DNA of 64,000 nt, from positions 96,001 to 160,000 of the forward strand of contig OZ218778.1 of NCBI GenBank assembly GCA_965112635.1. Direction: 5' to 3'. Below the pieces are notes generated by a model. It saw only the letters and a list, made by a program, of their open reading frames with translations, had not been told where the DNA came from and made no database searches. The translations under genes were made by a program, and so were the position numbers. Shown here in pieces: positions 8,735 through 18,667 of this stretch. Each line of letters begins with the position of its first letter. Within the stretch, counting starts at the first letter, position 1. This DNA comes from an uncultured bacterium (GTDB lineage Bacteria; Oederibacteriota; Oederibacteriia; Oederibacteriales; Oederibacteriaceae).

Positions 8735-10276
8735 TTACTCCCATTCTATCGTGGAGGGAGGTTTGGAACTGATGTCGTAGACCACTCGGTTGACGCCTTT
8801 GACTTCATTAATGATACGGTTGGATATTTTTCCAAGCAAAGGATAGGGTAAGTTGACCCAGTCCGCGGTCATGCCGTCCATGCTGTTCACGGCCCTCAAG
8901 GCGATGACATTATCGTAGGTCCTCTCGTCCCCCATGACTCCGACGGTCTTGACGGGCAGTAAAACGGCAAAGGACTGCCAGATCTTATGATAGAGCCCCG
9001 CGGCCTTGATCTCATCGATCACGACCCAGTCCGCCTCCCGCAGGATCTTTAATCGCTCTTCGGTCACTTCTCCCAGGACCCGGATGGCCAGTCCCGGACC
9101 GGGGAAAGGCTGACGGCCCACAATATCCTCGGACACCCCCATCTCCCTTCCTACCGCTCTGACCTCGTCCTTAAAAAGCTCCCTGAGCGGCTCCACCAAT
9201 TTAAATTTCATCTTCTCGGGAAGTCCGCCCACATTATGGTGGGATTTGATGGTCGCCGAAGGTCCTTTGACCGAAACACTTTCAATGACATCCGGGTAAA
9301 GGGTCCCTTGGGCAAGATAAGGGATTTTTCCCAGTTTTTTTGCCTCTTTTTCAAAGACACTGATGAACTCCGCGCCTATGATCTTCCTCTTTTTCTCCGG
9401 ATCCAGCACGCCTTTTAACTTTCCTAAAAATGACCTGGTGGCATCAGCGTACACCAGCCGCATCTTGAAATGTCCCGCAAAGACCTTTTGGACCCTTTCA
9501 GCCTCGTCCTTTCTCAGGACGCCATTGTTGACGAACACGCAGGTCAGCTGTCTGCCTACCGCTTTATGCAAGAGAACCGCCGTGACCGAAGAGTCTACCC
9601 CTCCGCTCAGGGCGCACAAGACCCTTTCCTTGCCGATTTTTTCCCTGACCTGCTTGATGGTCTCCTTCACGAACGATTTCATGTTCCAGGTGCCTTGGCA
9701 TCCGCAGACCCTGTAAAGAAAATTGCGCAGAATTTCCTTACCTTGTGGAGTATGGACCACTTCGGGATGGAACTGCAATCCAAAGATCCTTTTTTGTTTA
9801 TCCTGCATGGCGCTGAAGGCGGAATTATGGGTAGAGGCGACCGGTTCAAAACCCTGGGGAAGCTTGACGACTTTATCCCCGTGGCTCATCCAAACCGTGA
9901 TCTTCTTGGGCAATCCCTTAAAAAGGTCAGAGGATGAGGAATGGCTCAACCAAGCGTGGCCGTATTCCCTTTTGGTGGATGAATCCACCCGGCCGCCCAG
10001 CAGGTAACCCATAAGTTGCATCCCATAGCAGATCCCCAAAACAGGGATCCCCAATGAAAAAATACCCTTATCCGGGATGGGCGCCTGTTTTTGATAAACG
10101 CTGGACGGTCCGCCTGAAAGAATAATCCCCTGCGGCTGGAGTTCTCTGAGACGGCTTGCCGAGGTGTTAAAGGGAAGTATTTCGCAATAAACTTTCAGTT
10201 CCCGGACCCGGCGGGCGATGAGCTGGGTGTACTGGGACCCGAAATCCAGCACATAAACAACTTCGCGCTTCGTCAT
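8735..10276 (-). CDS. guaA: GMP synthase (glutamine-hydrolysing)
   Basis: [47 protein letters not shown]. Confidence 0.98.
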   Translation of the reverse strand: MTKREVVYVLDFGSQYTQLIARRVRELKVYCEILPFNTSASRLRELQPQGIILSGGPSSVYQKQAPIPDKGIFSLGIPVLGICYGMQLMGYLLGGRVDSSTKREYGHAWLSHSSSSDLFKGLPKKITVWMSHGDKVVKLPQGFEPVASTHNSAFSAMQDKQKRIFGLQFHPEVVHTPQGKEILRNFLYRVCGCQGTWNMKSFVKETIKQVREKIGKERVLCALSGGVDSSVTAVLLHKAVGRQLTCVFVNNGVLRKDEAERVQKVFAGHFKMRLVYADATRSFLGKLKGVLDPEKKRKIIGAEFISVFEKEAKKLGKIPYLAQGTLYPDVIESVSVKGPSATIKSHHNVGGLPEKMKFKLVEPLRELFKDEVRAVGREMGVSEDIVGRQPFPGPGLAIRVLGEVTEERLKILREADWVVIDEIKAAGLYHKIWQSFAVLLPVKTVGVMGDERTYDNVIALRAVNSMDGMTADWVNLPYPLLGKISNRIINEVKGVNRVVYDISSKPPSTIEWE

Positions 10277-10305
10277 AACATCCTTTTAATGGCAGAATCC
10301 ATGGG

Positions 10306-11466
10306 CTACTTCCCCATGCCCACCTTTTGAGACCGCTGGAATACTTTGCCTTCGGTCTTGATGGACGGAGCGATAATAATCTCGGTCATCTGCATTTCGC
10401 GAATATTCTTTACCCCCAGGACGCCCATGGACGTCTGGAGGGCTCCGACCAGGTTTTGGGAACCGTCATCCAGGTTCGCGGGACCGAGCAAGATCTCCTC
10501 CAACGAACCCGTGGTCCCCACCTTGATCCTCGTCCCCCTGGGCAGGTTGGCGTGCGGGGTAGCCATACCCCAGTGGTAACCGCATCCCGGCGCCTCTTTG
10601 GCGCGGGCAAAAGCCGAACCGACCATGACGGCGTCCGCCCCGCAGGCAATGGCCTTGCAGATGTCGCCTCCCACGGACATACCGCCGTCCGTGATGATGG
10701 GCACGTACCTGGCCGTCTGCTTGAAATAAAAGTCCCTGGCCGCCGCGCAATCGACCGTCGCGGTGACCTGCGGAACCCCTACTCCCAGCACGCCGCGGGA
10801 AGTACAAGCCGCGCCCGGCCCCACGCCGACAAGAACTCCGGCGACACCGGTCTCCATCAGTTCCAGCGTGGCGTTAAAGGTCACGGTATTTCCTGCCACC
10901 ACGGGGATCTTCATCTTTTTGCAGAATTTTTTGAAATCCAGAACCTTATACTTGGTTGAAATATGGCGGACCGTGGCCACGGTCGATTGGACAAAGAAAA
11001 TATCCGCTCCGGCCTTTTGGGCGATCTCACCGTATAGCTCGGACTTCTGCGGAATGGATGAAACAGCAGCCAATACTCCGCCCTTCTTTATCTCTTTGAT
11101 CCGCTTCACGATCAGTTCTTCCTTGACCGGCGGCAAATAAAGCTCCTGCACCAGCTTAGTCGCTTCCTCTGGCGAAGCGTCCGCGATCTGCTGAAGGACG
11201 GTTTCCGGCTCCTTATAGCGTGTTTGAACGCCTTCTAAGTTAAGAACCGCCATTCCACCCAGCCTGCCCATGGCAACCGCAAAGCTAGGGTCCACAACCC
11301 CGTCCATGGCCGAAGCCAGAATCGGGGTCTCTAATTTCAGCCCGCCCAGCTCAAAGGATATATCCACCTCTTCAGGATTGTAGGTGATATCCCCTGGTAC
11401 CAAGGCGATATCGTCAAAACCATATGTTTGCCTGGCTTTGCGGCCACGGCCGATCCAAAAACCCAT
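10306..11466 (-). CDS. guaB3: GuaB3-type IMP dehydrogenase (no CBS domains)
   Basis: GRGRKARQTYGFDDIALVP, SAMDGVV, catalytic GVGPGAACTSR; directly upstream of guaA. Confidence 0.88.
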   Translation of the reverse strand: MGFWIGRGRKARQTYGFDDIALVPGDITYNPEEVDISFELGGLKLETPILASAMDGVVDPSFAVAMGRLGGMAVLNLEGVQTRYKEPETVLQQIADASPEEATKLVQELYLPPVKEELIVKRIKEIKKGGVLAAVSSIPQKSELYGEIAQKAGADIFFVQSTVATVRHISTKYKVLDFKKFCKKMKIPVVAGNTVTFNATLELMETGVAGVLVGVGPGAACTSRGVLGVGVPQVTATVDCAAARDFYFKQTARYVPIITDGGMSVGGDICKAIACGADAVMVGSAFARAKEAPGCGYHWGMATPHANLPRGTRIKVGTTGSLEEILLGPANLDDGSQNLVGALQTSMGVLGVKNIREMQMTEIIIAPSIKTEGKVFQRSQKVGMGK

Positions 11467-11477
11467 CCTCAACCTCC

Positions 11478-11813
11478 CTATTTGTATGAGATTTTTTTAA
11501 ACTTTTCGAATAACAATAACCCCAAGAACACCACCATCGTTGCGACCAGTAAAATACCAGTTCCTACCAAAGAACCCTTGAGCCTGTCAAGAACCACTCG
11601 GGCGTTGGGGTCACCGGCGGATATACGATTAAGGGTATTATTGAAGCATAATAATAACAAACTAATAACAAAAAAGAAAACAACAGACAAGATAGCAAAT
11701 ATCTTGGCCACTCTGCTGAACCAGTTGTGCTCCCTGTATCTTTTTTCCAGCTGGACCTGCTTTTCAAACTCCGCGATCACCTGCTGGACCTTTTTCCCCT
11801 TATCCAACTCCAT
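11478..11813 (-). CDS. Small hypothetical membrane protein (2 TM)
   Basis: Two hydrophobic stretches; AAGGAG upstream of ATG 11813; co-oriented with neighbours. Confidence 0.6.
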   Translation of the reverse strand: MELDKGKKVQQVIAEFEKQVQLEKRYREHNWFSRVAKIFAILSVVFFFVISLLLLCFNNTLNRISAGDPNARVVLDRLKGSLVGTGILLVATMVVFLGLLLFEKFKKISYK

Positions 11814-11862
11814 CTGGTCACCCGCTCCTTCCGCCACCAAAAACACCCCCTTTCCTTGTTGC

Positions 11863-13401
11863 CTATCCTTTCTTCCAAATATTCCTGTCTAGGCTACGGT
11901 ACTGTATGGCCTCCAAAAGATGCGGCGCCAGGATATTATCCTGGCCATCAAGGTCCGCGATGGTCCTGGCCAGCTTAAGTATCCTGTCGTAGGCCCTGGC
12001 TGACAAACTCAACTGCTCCACCGCAGCGCGGAATATTTCCCTGGAAGCGTCGTCTAGAATGCAGAACTTTTTCAGGTGCCGATGTTGCATATGGGCGTTG
12101 TAGAGCAGGCCGCTTCCTTTGAGCCTCTGCTTTTGCCGCTCCCGGGCTCGCTGCACTCTTTCCCTGATGTTAGCAGAACTTTCACCGTCGGACAAACTCG
12201 ACATCTCTTTATATTTCAAACTAGGCACTTCTAAATGAATATCAATGCGGTCAAGCAAAGGTCCGGAAATGCGGGATACATACTTTTGGATCTGCAGGGG
12301 GGTACAACGGCAATCTTTCCTAAGGTCCCCATAATAACCGCAGGGGCAGGGGTTCATGGCCGCCGTAAGCATAAATCTTGCGGGATAAGAAATGGATGCC
12401 GCCGCGCGGGAAATGGTAACCCTCCCTTCCTCCAAAGGCTGCCGCAACACTTCCAGGACGTTCTTTTTGAACTCAGGCAGTTCATCCAGGAACAATACCC
12501 CATGGTGGGCCAAACTGACTTCCCCGGGTCTGGGGATGGCTCCGCCTCCGATCAAACCCGCGTCGGAGATCGTGTGATGCGGCGACCGGAAAGGTTTTTC
12601 TGTGACCAGAGCCGCATGGGAAGGCAAAAGACCAGCGACAGAATAAATCTTGGTGCACTCCACCGCCTCTTCCAGGGTGATGGAGGGCAGGATGGTGGGC
12701 AACCTTTTGGCCAGCATTGTCTTTCCAGACCCTGGGGGACCAATCATTAGGAGATTATGTCCGCCGGCCGCGGCCACTTCCAAAGCGCGCTTGGCGTGCT
12801 CTTGGCCCTTGATCTCCGAGAAATCGACCTTATGGCTTTGAACTTCCTGAAAAGCATCCTGGAGATCGAACGTATAGGGCTGGATCTTTTTCTCCCCATT
12901 GAGGATTTGGATGGCATCCAATAAATGGCCGACCGGGATGATTTCAAGTCCAGGGACCACGGCAGCCTCTTTGGCGTTCTCCGCGGGAACAATGACACCT
13001 TTCTTCTTGTTGTGCTTGGCTGCCAAGGCCATCGGCAAGATTCCCCGGACCGGCCTGACGCTGCCGTCCAGAGAGAGCTCACCAAGCACCAGATAAGCAT
13101 CCAGCTTATCAGAGGATAATTGTTGGGTGGAGGCTAGGATGCCTAAGGCCATGGGCAGGTCGAAAGCCGGACCTTCTTTCTTGATATCAGCTGGAGCCAA
13201 ATTGACCGTGATGTGTTTTAAGGGAAAAATAAATTGGGAATTTTGGATGGCGGACTTTACCCGCTCCTTACTTTCTTTGACAGCGGCATCCGGCAAGCCC
13301 ACGGTATTGAACTGCGGGAAGCCTGTTGCCGTATCAACCTCCACAGTCACCAGATACGCATCAACCCCCAGGACAGCGCTGCTGTGAACCATGGCTAGCA
13401 T
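11863..13401 (-). CDS. comM: YifB/ComM Mg-chelatase-like AAA+ ATPase
   Basis: [68 protein letters not shown]. Confidence 0.93.
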   Translation of the reverse strand: MLAMVHSSAVLGVDAYLVTVEVDTATGFPQFNTVGLPDAAVKESKERVKSAIQNSQFIFPLKHITVNLAPADIKKEGPAFDLPMALGILASTQQLSSDKLDAYLVLGELSLDGSVRPVRGILPMALAAKHNKKKGVIVPAENAKEAAVVPGLEIIPVGHLLDAIQILNGEKKIQPYTFDLQDAFQEVQSHKVDFSEIKGQEHAKRALEVAAAGGHNLLMIGPPGSGKTMLAKRLPTILPSITLEEAVECTKIYSVAGLLPSHAALVTEKPFRSPHHTISDAGLIGGGAIPRPGEVSLAHHGVLFLDELPEFKKNVLEVLRQPLEEGRVTISRAAASISYPARFMLTAAMNPCPCGYYGDLRKDCRCTPLQIQKYVSRISGPLLDRIDIHLEVPSLKYKEMSSLSDGESSANIRERVQRARERQKQRLKGSGLLYNAHMQHRHLKKFCILDDASREIFRAAVEQLSLSARAYDRILKLARTIADLDGQDNILAPHLLEAIQYRSLDRNIWKKG

Positions 13402-13511
13402 ACGGCCCCTATTCCCTTTCTAACCTTATAAATAAAAGTAAAATCACACGACAGGAACACGGCCTGTGGCGTAGCGGCTAAAAGGTGTGGAATATCTTTC
13501 CAAAACGCCTT

Positions 13512-13973
13512 TCATTCAACCCAAAAACCAATGGCTTCGGTATTTTTATTGGCTTCCCTTAGGCGTTGGCTCAGGATTTTGACCAGGATCTCCATGAGCT
13601 TGACCGAAGTCCCCTGAAACTTTTCTTTGAAATCCTCAAAATTTTTCTGGGTAATGACGAGCACTTTGGTGTCCATAGCGGCCTTGGTCCCGGCTGAGCG
13701 CGGCGCGCCGTCCAAGATCGCCATCTCTCCGAAAAAATCCCCTTTATTGAGGACCGCCACAGTGTTCTCCGTATTCTTGACCTTTTTGATCACTTTGACC
13801 GAACCCGAACGGATGATATACATCTTGTCCCCGGGAGTTTCCTCAGCAAAAATGACCTCGTCCTTTTTGAACACTGCCTCTGTGCAAACAGAAGCCAGGT
13901 TTTCCAGGTCCTGGGGTTCAAAATTCTTGAAAGCAGGGTATTCGGCCAAAAAATCAGTTACCGGCATATTCAC
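13512..13973 (-). CDS. Stand-alone cyclic nucleotide-binding domain protein
   Basis: GDKMYIIRSGSVKV and GDFFGEMAILDGAPRSA phosphate-binding cassette; no HTH. Confidence 0.9.
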   Translation of the reverse strand: MNMPVTDFLAEYPAFKNFEPQDLENLASVCTEAVFKKDEVIFAEETPGDKMYIIRSGSVKVIKKVKNTENTVAVLNKGDFFGEMAILDGAPRSAGTKAAMDTKVLVITQKNFEDFKEKFQGTSVKLMEILVKILSQRLREANKNTEAIGFWVE

Positions 13974-14000
13974 GCCTCGCTTTCACGCTGGTATTTTGCT

Positions 14001-15029
14001 CTACTTCTTAGCAACAGCACTTTGATCAGTCATTTTCTGCGCTAAAATGACTAGCTTCCGCTTTGCGTCCTCAACTAAATAACCGCCTTGGTTAATCTTA
14101 ATGAATTTCGTATATTCAGTAATAGCCTTTTCGAAATTTTCCCTATGTTCGTAAACTTGGGCGAGAAAATAATAGGCCGAAACATAGGTCGGGTCGATTT
14201 GAACGGCTTGGCGGTAAAAATCTATGGCTTCTTCGGGTTGGCCGATCTCATCCAAGAATAACCCGATCGTATTGAATGCTTTGGCGCTCTTCGGGTTCAA
14301 CTCCGCGACTTTTTTGAACATCTCCAAAGCTTCCTGTTGCATCCCCTTGGTCTTATACGCACTGGCCAGGTTGGAGTATGCCGCGCTATATTTAGGATCG
14401 ATATCGAGAGCCTGCTTGTATCCCTGAATGGCCCTGTCCAGCATCCCCTTTTCCGCGTAAAGATTGGCCAGGTCTAGGTTAGCTTTGGCCTTATTGACAT
14501 TCTGCTTAAGCGACTCCTCCATGAGCTTAATGGCCTCATCGATCATCCCTTGGTTATAATGGTCCAGTCCAAGATGGTGGTAACTATCCGCATAACTGGC
14601 ATCCAGTTCAATGGCCCTGTTGAATTCTTTCATCGCCTCATGGTACATGCCTTTGTCAAAATAAACATTACCGAGGTTGTTATGGAGGAGGGCGGAATTG
14701 GGGTTCTTAAACAACGCGCTATTGTAACTCCACACTGCGGCATTGAACTGTCCCTGCCAGGCCAGGATCAAACCAAGATTGTTCCAAGCTTCCACGCTGT
14801 CAGGGTTTAACTCCGTGACCTTTTTGAACGACTTATAAGCCTCATCGAGATTGCCCTGGTCAATATAGGCGAACCCTAGGTTGGTTAGCGCTTCCTGGTC
14901 ATTGGGGTCAACTTTCAAAGCTTGCTGGAACTCCAGGATGGCCTTTCCCAGTTCACCGTTGTTGGCGAGATCCTTGCCTTTTTGATTGGCTTCTTTCTTC
15001 TTTTCCTCGGGGGATTTAAAAAAACCCAT
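14001..15029 (-). CDS. Tetratricopeptide repeat protein
   Basis: ~9 consecutive 34-aa TPR motifs (e.g. AWNNLGLIL..GQFNAAV..Y..AL..NP). Confidence 0.9.
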   Translation of the reverse strand: MGFFKSPEEKKKEANQKGKDLANNGELGKAILEFQQALKVDPNDQEALTNLGFAYIDQGNLDEAYKSFKKVTELNPDSVEAWNNLGLILAWQGQFNAAVWSYNSALFKNPNSALLHNNLGNVYFDKGMYHEAMKEFNRAIELDASYADSYHHLGLDHYNQGMIDEAIKLMEESLKQNVNKAKANLDLANLYAEKGMLDRAIQGYKQALDIDPKYSAAYSNLASAYKTKGMQQEALEMFKKVAELNPKSAKAFNTIGLFLDEIGQPEEAIDFYRQAVQIDPTYVSAYYFLAQVYEHRENFEKAITEYTKFIKINQGGYLVEDAKRKLVILAQKMTDQSAVAKK

Positions 15030-15110
15030 TGATGCTCCCTTAAAAAAATAAGGTGTTTTTCTATGCTAACACATGCCCTTCAATTGTCAAGAAACCGGCT
15101 TTTTTAAACA

Positions 15111-15147
15111 AAAACCCGATTGCCGGTCTAGCCGGCAATCGGGTTTA
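15111..15147 (-). terminator. Intrinsic terminator after the Spy/CpxP-like gene
   Basis: aaacccgattgccgg-tctag-ccggcaatcgggttt hairpin followed by a U-run on the minus strand. Confidence 0.8.
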
Positions 15148-15177
15148 TCAATATCAAAACCATATAAAATTTACTTT

Positions 15178-15681
15178 CTACTTGTCTCCGCCCTTGTCAT
15201 TACCGCTGTCCTCTTTTTCTTGATCTTCTCCGCCTTTTTTCTTATCTTTCCATTCTTTCATCTTTTCCATCCCTTTTTTAGCCATTCCCAGGACCATCTG
15301 CGCCTGCTGGGTGGGGGTTAATATCTGTTTCATGCCATCAGCGCGCTGTTTATCCAAAACCTGCTCTTGGGTTCTATTGCTGGCCAGTTTATCCAACACT
15401 CCGCTGATATCGCTATCACTGCCTTTGCTATCAACCAACCCTTTTAATTGTTTTAAAAGGTCCTTATCACTATCTCTCAGGGGCTTCATTTTACCCTGTA
15501 TATCTTTTTGTAAATCCTGCATCTTGGTTTGCTGGTCTGTGGTTAATCCTAATTTCTCCGCCCACTTACCCTTTCCGTCTTTTCCTTCCTTCCCACCACC
15601 CTTGTCATCCGCCATAACAAAACTAGCTGACAACGCTAGGGCTAAAACTAATCCCCCAATAACTAACCCCTTAATCTTCAT
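15178..15681 (-). CDS. Spy/CpxP family periplasmic chaperone
   Basis: Signal peptide; LGLTTDQQ and ILTPTQQ (LTXXQ motifs); start at MKIKG with GGAGG RBS. Confidence 0.8.
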   Translation of the reverse strand: MKIKGLVIGGLVLALALSASFVMADDKGGGKEGKDGKGKWAEKLGLTTDQQTKMQDLQKDIQGKMKPLRDSDKDLLKQLKGLVDSKGSDSDISGVLDKLASNRTQEQVLDKQRADGMKQILTPTQQAQMVLGMAKKGMEKMKEWKDKKKGGEDQEKEDSGNDKGGDK

Positions 15682-15816
15682 TCCTTCCTCCTTATAGTTT
15701 GAATTTGGCAGCCTTCCGGCGTCTATATACATTAAAACAATCAAACCAGTCAATAAATTTCACTAGCAGTGGCCTAATAACCTTCTGTTTACAAAAGTAA
15801 TGGACTAGCAGGAAAT

Positions 15817-16281
15817 TCATTCCCTTTCCTGGAGCGAAACCTTCATGGCCTTGCTGAGGTTCCGCTTTTCCTCCCTTTCCTTGATAGACCGCCTCTTGTC
15901 GAACAGCTTTTTACCCTTGGCCAGCGCGATCTCCACTTTGGCCCGGCCGTCCTTGAAATACAGCCGGGTAGGGATAAGGGTGCAGCCTTTGATCTGCGCC
16001 TTACCCATAAGCTTCATGATCTCATTCTTATGGAGGAGCAGTTTTCTGGTCCGGGTCGGCGGAAGGTTAAAACGATTGCCCTGTTCATAGGGAGGGATAT
16101 GGAGGTTCAACAGAAACAGCTCGCCGTTCCGTATCATGGCGTAGCTGTCCTTGAGGCTGACCTGCCCGGCCCGCAGGGATTTGACCTCAGTGCCCTTGAG
16201 CATCATCCCGGCTTCGTAAAACTCAATGAGGTCGTACAAGAACCGGGCCTGCCGGTTGAGAGAAACTATCTTCTCGCCCAC
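15817..16281 (-). CDS. smpB: SsrA-binding protein
   Basis: EAGMMLKGTEVKSLR, RTRKLLLHK, KGKKLFDKR. Confidence 0.97.
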   Translation of the reverse strand: MGEKIVSLNRQARFLYDLIEFYEAGMMLKGTEVKSLRAGQVSLKDSYAMIRNGELFLLNLHIPPYEQGNRFNLPPTRTRKLLLHKNEIMKLMGKAQIKGCTLIPTRLYFKDGRAKVEIALAKGKKLFDKRRSIKEREEKRNLSKAMKVSLQERE

Positions 16282-18476
16282 CCTTTGCCTTTCCTATTCT
16301 TCTTAAAGTGTTTCTCTTTTTTGAATTTTCCTTTTTTCTTGTCCGAACGAAAACCACCCTGAAGGACAAAATCCATCTGGCGTTTTTCTGCGTCCACCTT
16401 GGTCAGTTTGACCTCAACCGGGTCCGCCAACCTGAAAACTTTGCCGCTTCGTTTTCCTTTCAGGGTGTGGTCCTGCTCTGAATAGACGTAATAATCGTTG
16501 TCCAGGCTGCTCACATGGACCAGGCCTTCCACCAGCCACTCTTTGATCTCCACAAAAAAACCGTACGACTGCACTCCGGTGATGACCGCTTTAAAATCCT
16601 CACCCAGCTTGTCTTTCATAAATTCTATCTTCTTGAGTTTCAGGCATTCCATCTCAGCTTCCTGAGCGTTCCTTTCCCGCTGGCTGGACATCCCAGCCAC
16701 TTCGGCCAGGTGCTTTTCCAGGGAAACCTTCTGGTCAACTGAGAGCTCGCCCTCTTTTCTGTTCTTTTTTAACAGCCTGTGGACCATCAAGTCCGGGTAA
16801 CGCCGGATGGGAGAGGTAAAATGGGTGTAATGATCAAAAGCCAGTCCAAAATGCCCGGCGTTGACATTGGAATACACGGCCAGTTTCATTGACCGCAGGA
16901 GGAGCATATTGACCATGCCCTCCTCCAGCCTTCCTTTGACCGCGGCCAGGATGCTTTGCAGGTGCTTTTGGCTGGCCCCTTCCGTTTTGACGAGTTTTAA
17001 ACCAAGCACCTTCACATAGTCGGAAAAGGTCTTCAATTTGATGTCATCCGGCTTTTCATGGATGCGGTACAGGAAAGGGGAACCTTTTTTGGCCATATGC
17101 TTGGCCACGGTCTTATTGGCCGCCAGCATAAAGTCCTCGATGAGCCTGTGACTAAATAGCCGCTTGACCGCAATGATGGCGGCAGGCTTTCCGGCCTTGT
17201 CCAAAATGACCTTAGTTTCCGGCAGATCAAAATCCAAGGCGCCCTCATCTATCCTCTTTTTGTAAAGTATATGGGCCAGCGACTGCATCATTTTGAGTGA
17301 GGGTACCAGAGATTGATAACAGCTGGTCATAGCAGGGTCGCCATCCAGGATGGCCTGGACCTTTTCATAGGTCATTCTTTCTTTGACCCGGATGACACTG
17401 TCCGCCAGCTCATAAGAAACGACATTGCCCCGGTGGTCGATATCCATAATAGCGCTTTGGGTCAACCGGTCCTGTCCGGCCACCAAGCTGCACAAGTTAT
17501 TGGACAGGGCTTCCGGCAGCATGGGTACGACCTGGCCAGGCAGATAAACGCTGGTGCCCCGACTATAGGCTTCTGCGTCCAAAGGCCGGCCTTCCCGGAC
17601 ATAATGGCTCACATCAGCGATATGGACAAAAAGCCGGAAGTTCCCGTTGGAGAGCGACTCCACGGCGATCGCGTCGTCAAAATCCTTGGCGTCTTCGCCG
17701 TCAATAGTGATGACAACCTGTCCCGTAAAATCTCGGCGGCCCGTTTTTTCTCCGGGCTGGACGGACAAGGGTATACCCGCCACTTCTTTAATGACCGCTG
17801 GTGGAAATTCCGGGGTCAGATTGTATTCACGAAGGATGGACTGCAGGTCAACTCCGGGGTCATTTTTTTTGCCGAGAATCTCTATGACCTTTCCCACGGG
17901 ATTGCCATCATTGGATGGCCACTCAGTGACCTCTGCGACCACTTTATCAAGATGGCTGGCGTCATTAAAACCCTCTTTGGCAATAATAATATTGGAACCA
18001 AATTTATAGTTATCCGGGACCACCAGGCCGACCCCGCCTTTTAGCTCAAAGGTTCCGACCAAGGTTTTATGTCCGCGCTCTAATATCCTGATGACCGCGC
18101 CTTCCGGTTTACCGTGCCCTCCCCATTGGTGCTGTATTCTGACCACCACCCGGTCATCGGTGAACGCCCCGTTCCGATGGATGCGGCTCACAAAAATATG
18201 GGGTTTTTTCGGGTCATCTGGGACCAGAAAACAGTAACCGTCTTTATGCCCCTGCAGCACTCCGGGAACAAGATTCATTTCCTCGGATAGTCCGTATCTT
18301 TCTCCTTTTAAACTGACGATTTCCCCGGCCGCCTTAAGTTCCAGCAGCATATCCAATAAATACCCTCTTAATTTACCTTTCATTTCCAGTTCTAGGCTGA
18401 GTTCTTCCAAGGTCATGGGCCGGTAAGTATTCTGCTGCATATATTTCAAGAGAATGGCTTTGGTAACGCGCATCAT
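16266..18476 (-). CDS. rnr: Ribonuclease R
   Basis: TIDGEDAKDFDDAI, VHIADVS, YTHFTSPIRRYPDL, S1 domain, basic tail. Confidence 0.96.
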   Translation of the reverse strand: MMRVTKAILLKYMQQNTYRPMTLEELSLELEMKGKLRGYLLDMLLELKAAGEIVSLKGERYGLSEEMNLVPGVLQGHKDGYCFLVPDDPKKPHIFVSRIHRNGAFTDDRVVVRIQHQWGGHGKPEGAVIRILERGHKTLVGTFELKGGVGLVVPDNYKFGSNIIIAKEGFNDASHLDKVVAEVTEWPSNDGNPVGKVIEILGKKNDPGVDLQSILREYNLTPEFPPAVIKEVAGIPLSVQPGEKTGRRDFTGQVVITIDGEDAKDFDDAIAVESLSNGNFRLFVHIADVSHYVREGRPLDAEAYSRGTSVYLPGQVVPMLPEALSNNLCSLVAGQDRLTQSAIMDIDHRGNVVSYELADSVIRVKERMTYEKVQAILDGDPAMTSCYQSLVPSLKMMQSLAHILYKKRIDEGALDFDLPETKVILDKAGKPAAIIAVKRLFSHRLIEDFMLAANKTVAKHMAKKGSPFLYRIHEKPDDIKLKTFSDYVKVLGLKLVKTEGASQKHLQSILAAVKGRLEEGMVNMLLLRSMKLAVYSNVNAGHFGLAFDHYTHFTSPIRRYPDLMVHRLLKKNRKEGELSVDQKVSLEKHLAEVAGMSSQRERNAQEAEMECLKLKKIEFMKDKLGEDFKAVITGVQSYGFFVEIKEWLVEGLVHVSSLDNDYYVYSEQDHTLKGKRSGKVFRLADPVEVKLTKVDAEKRQMDFVLQGGFRSDKKKGKFKKEKHFKKNRKGKGWARR

Positions 18477-18543
18477 AATTATTTTTCCTTTTTACAAATT
18501 CATTCGATTATTGAACTTTGACTGTACCATACATCAAATCATC

Positions 18544-18572
18544 TTGACTTTTTTTCACATAATCCCTAGTTT
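18544..18572 (+). promoter_or_regulatory. Putative sigma70 promoter of tRNA-Leu
   Basis: TTGACT-N17-TAGTTT ending 9 nt before the tRNA. Confidence 0.55.
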
Positions 18573-18581
18573 ACTATTTGT

Positions 18582-18667
18582 GCGGAAGTGGCGGAATGGC
18601 AGACGCGCTAGATTCAGGGTCTAGTGGGGGCAACCTTGTGGGGGTTCAACTCCCCCCTTCCGCACCA
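18582..18667 (+). tRNA. tRNA-Leu (anticodon CAG)
   Basis: GCGGAAGTGGCGGAATGGCAGACGCGCTAGATTCAGGGTCTAGTGGGGGCAACCTTGTGGGGGTTCAACTCCCCCCTTCCGCACCA: 86 nt, long variable arm, encoded CCA. Confidence 0.95.

Noticed and set aside
13433-13450. Possible CRP site upstream of comM
   Set aside because: Only one TGTGA half-site; the neighbouring cNMP protein has no HTH.
15682-15816. tmRNA beside smpB, or an ECF promoter for the Spy-like gene
   Set aside because: Gap too short and lacks tmRNA termini; the CGTCTA motif is on the wrong strand for the gene.
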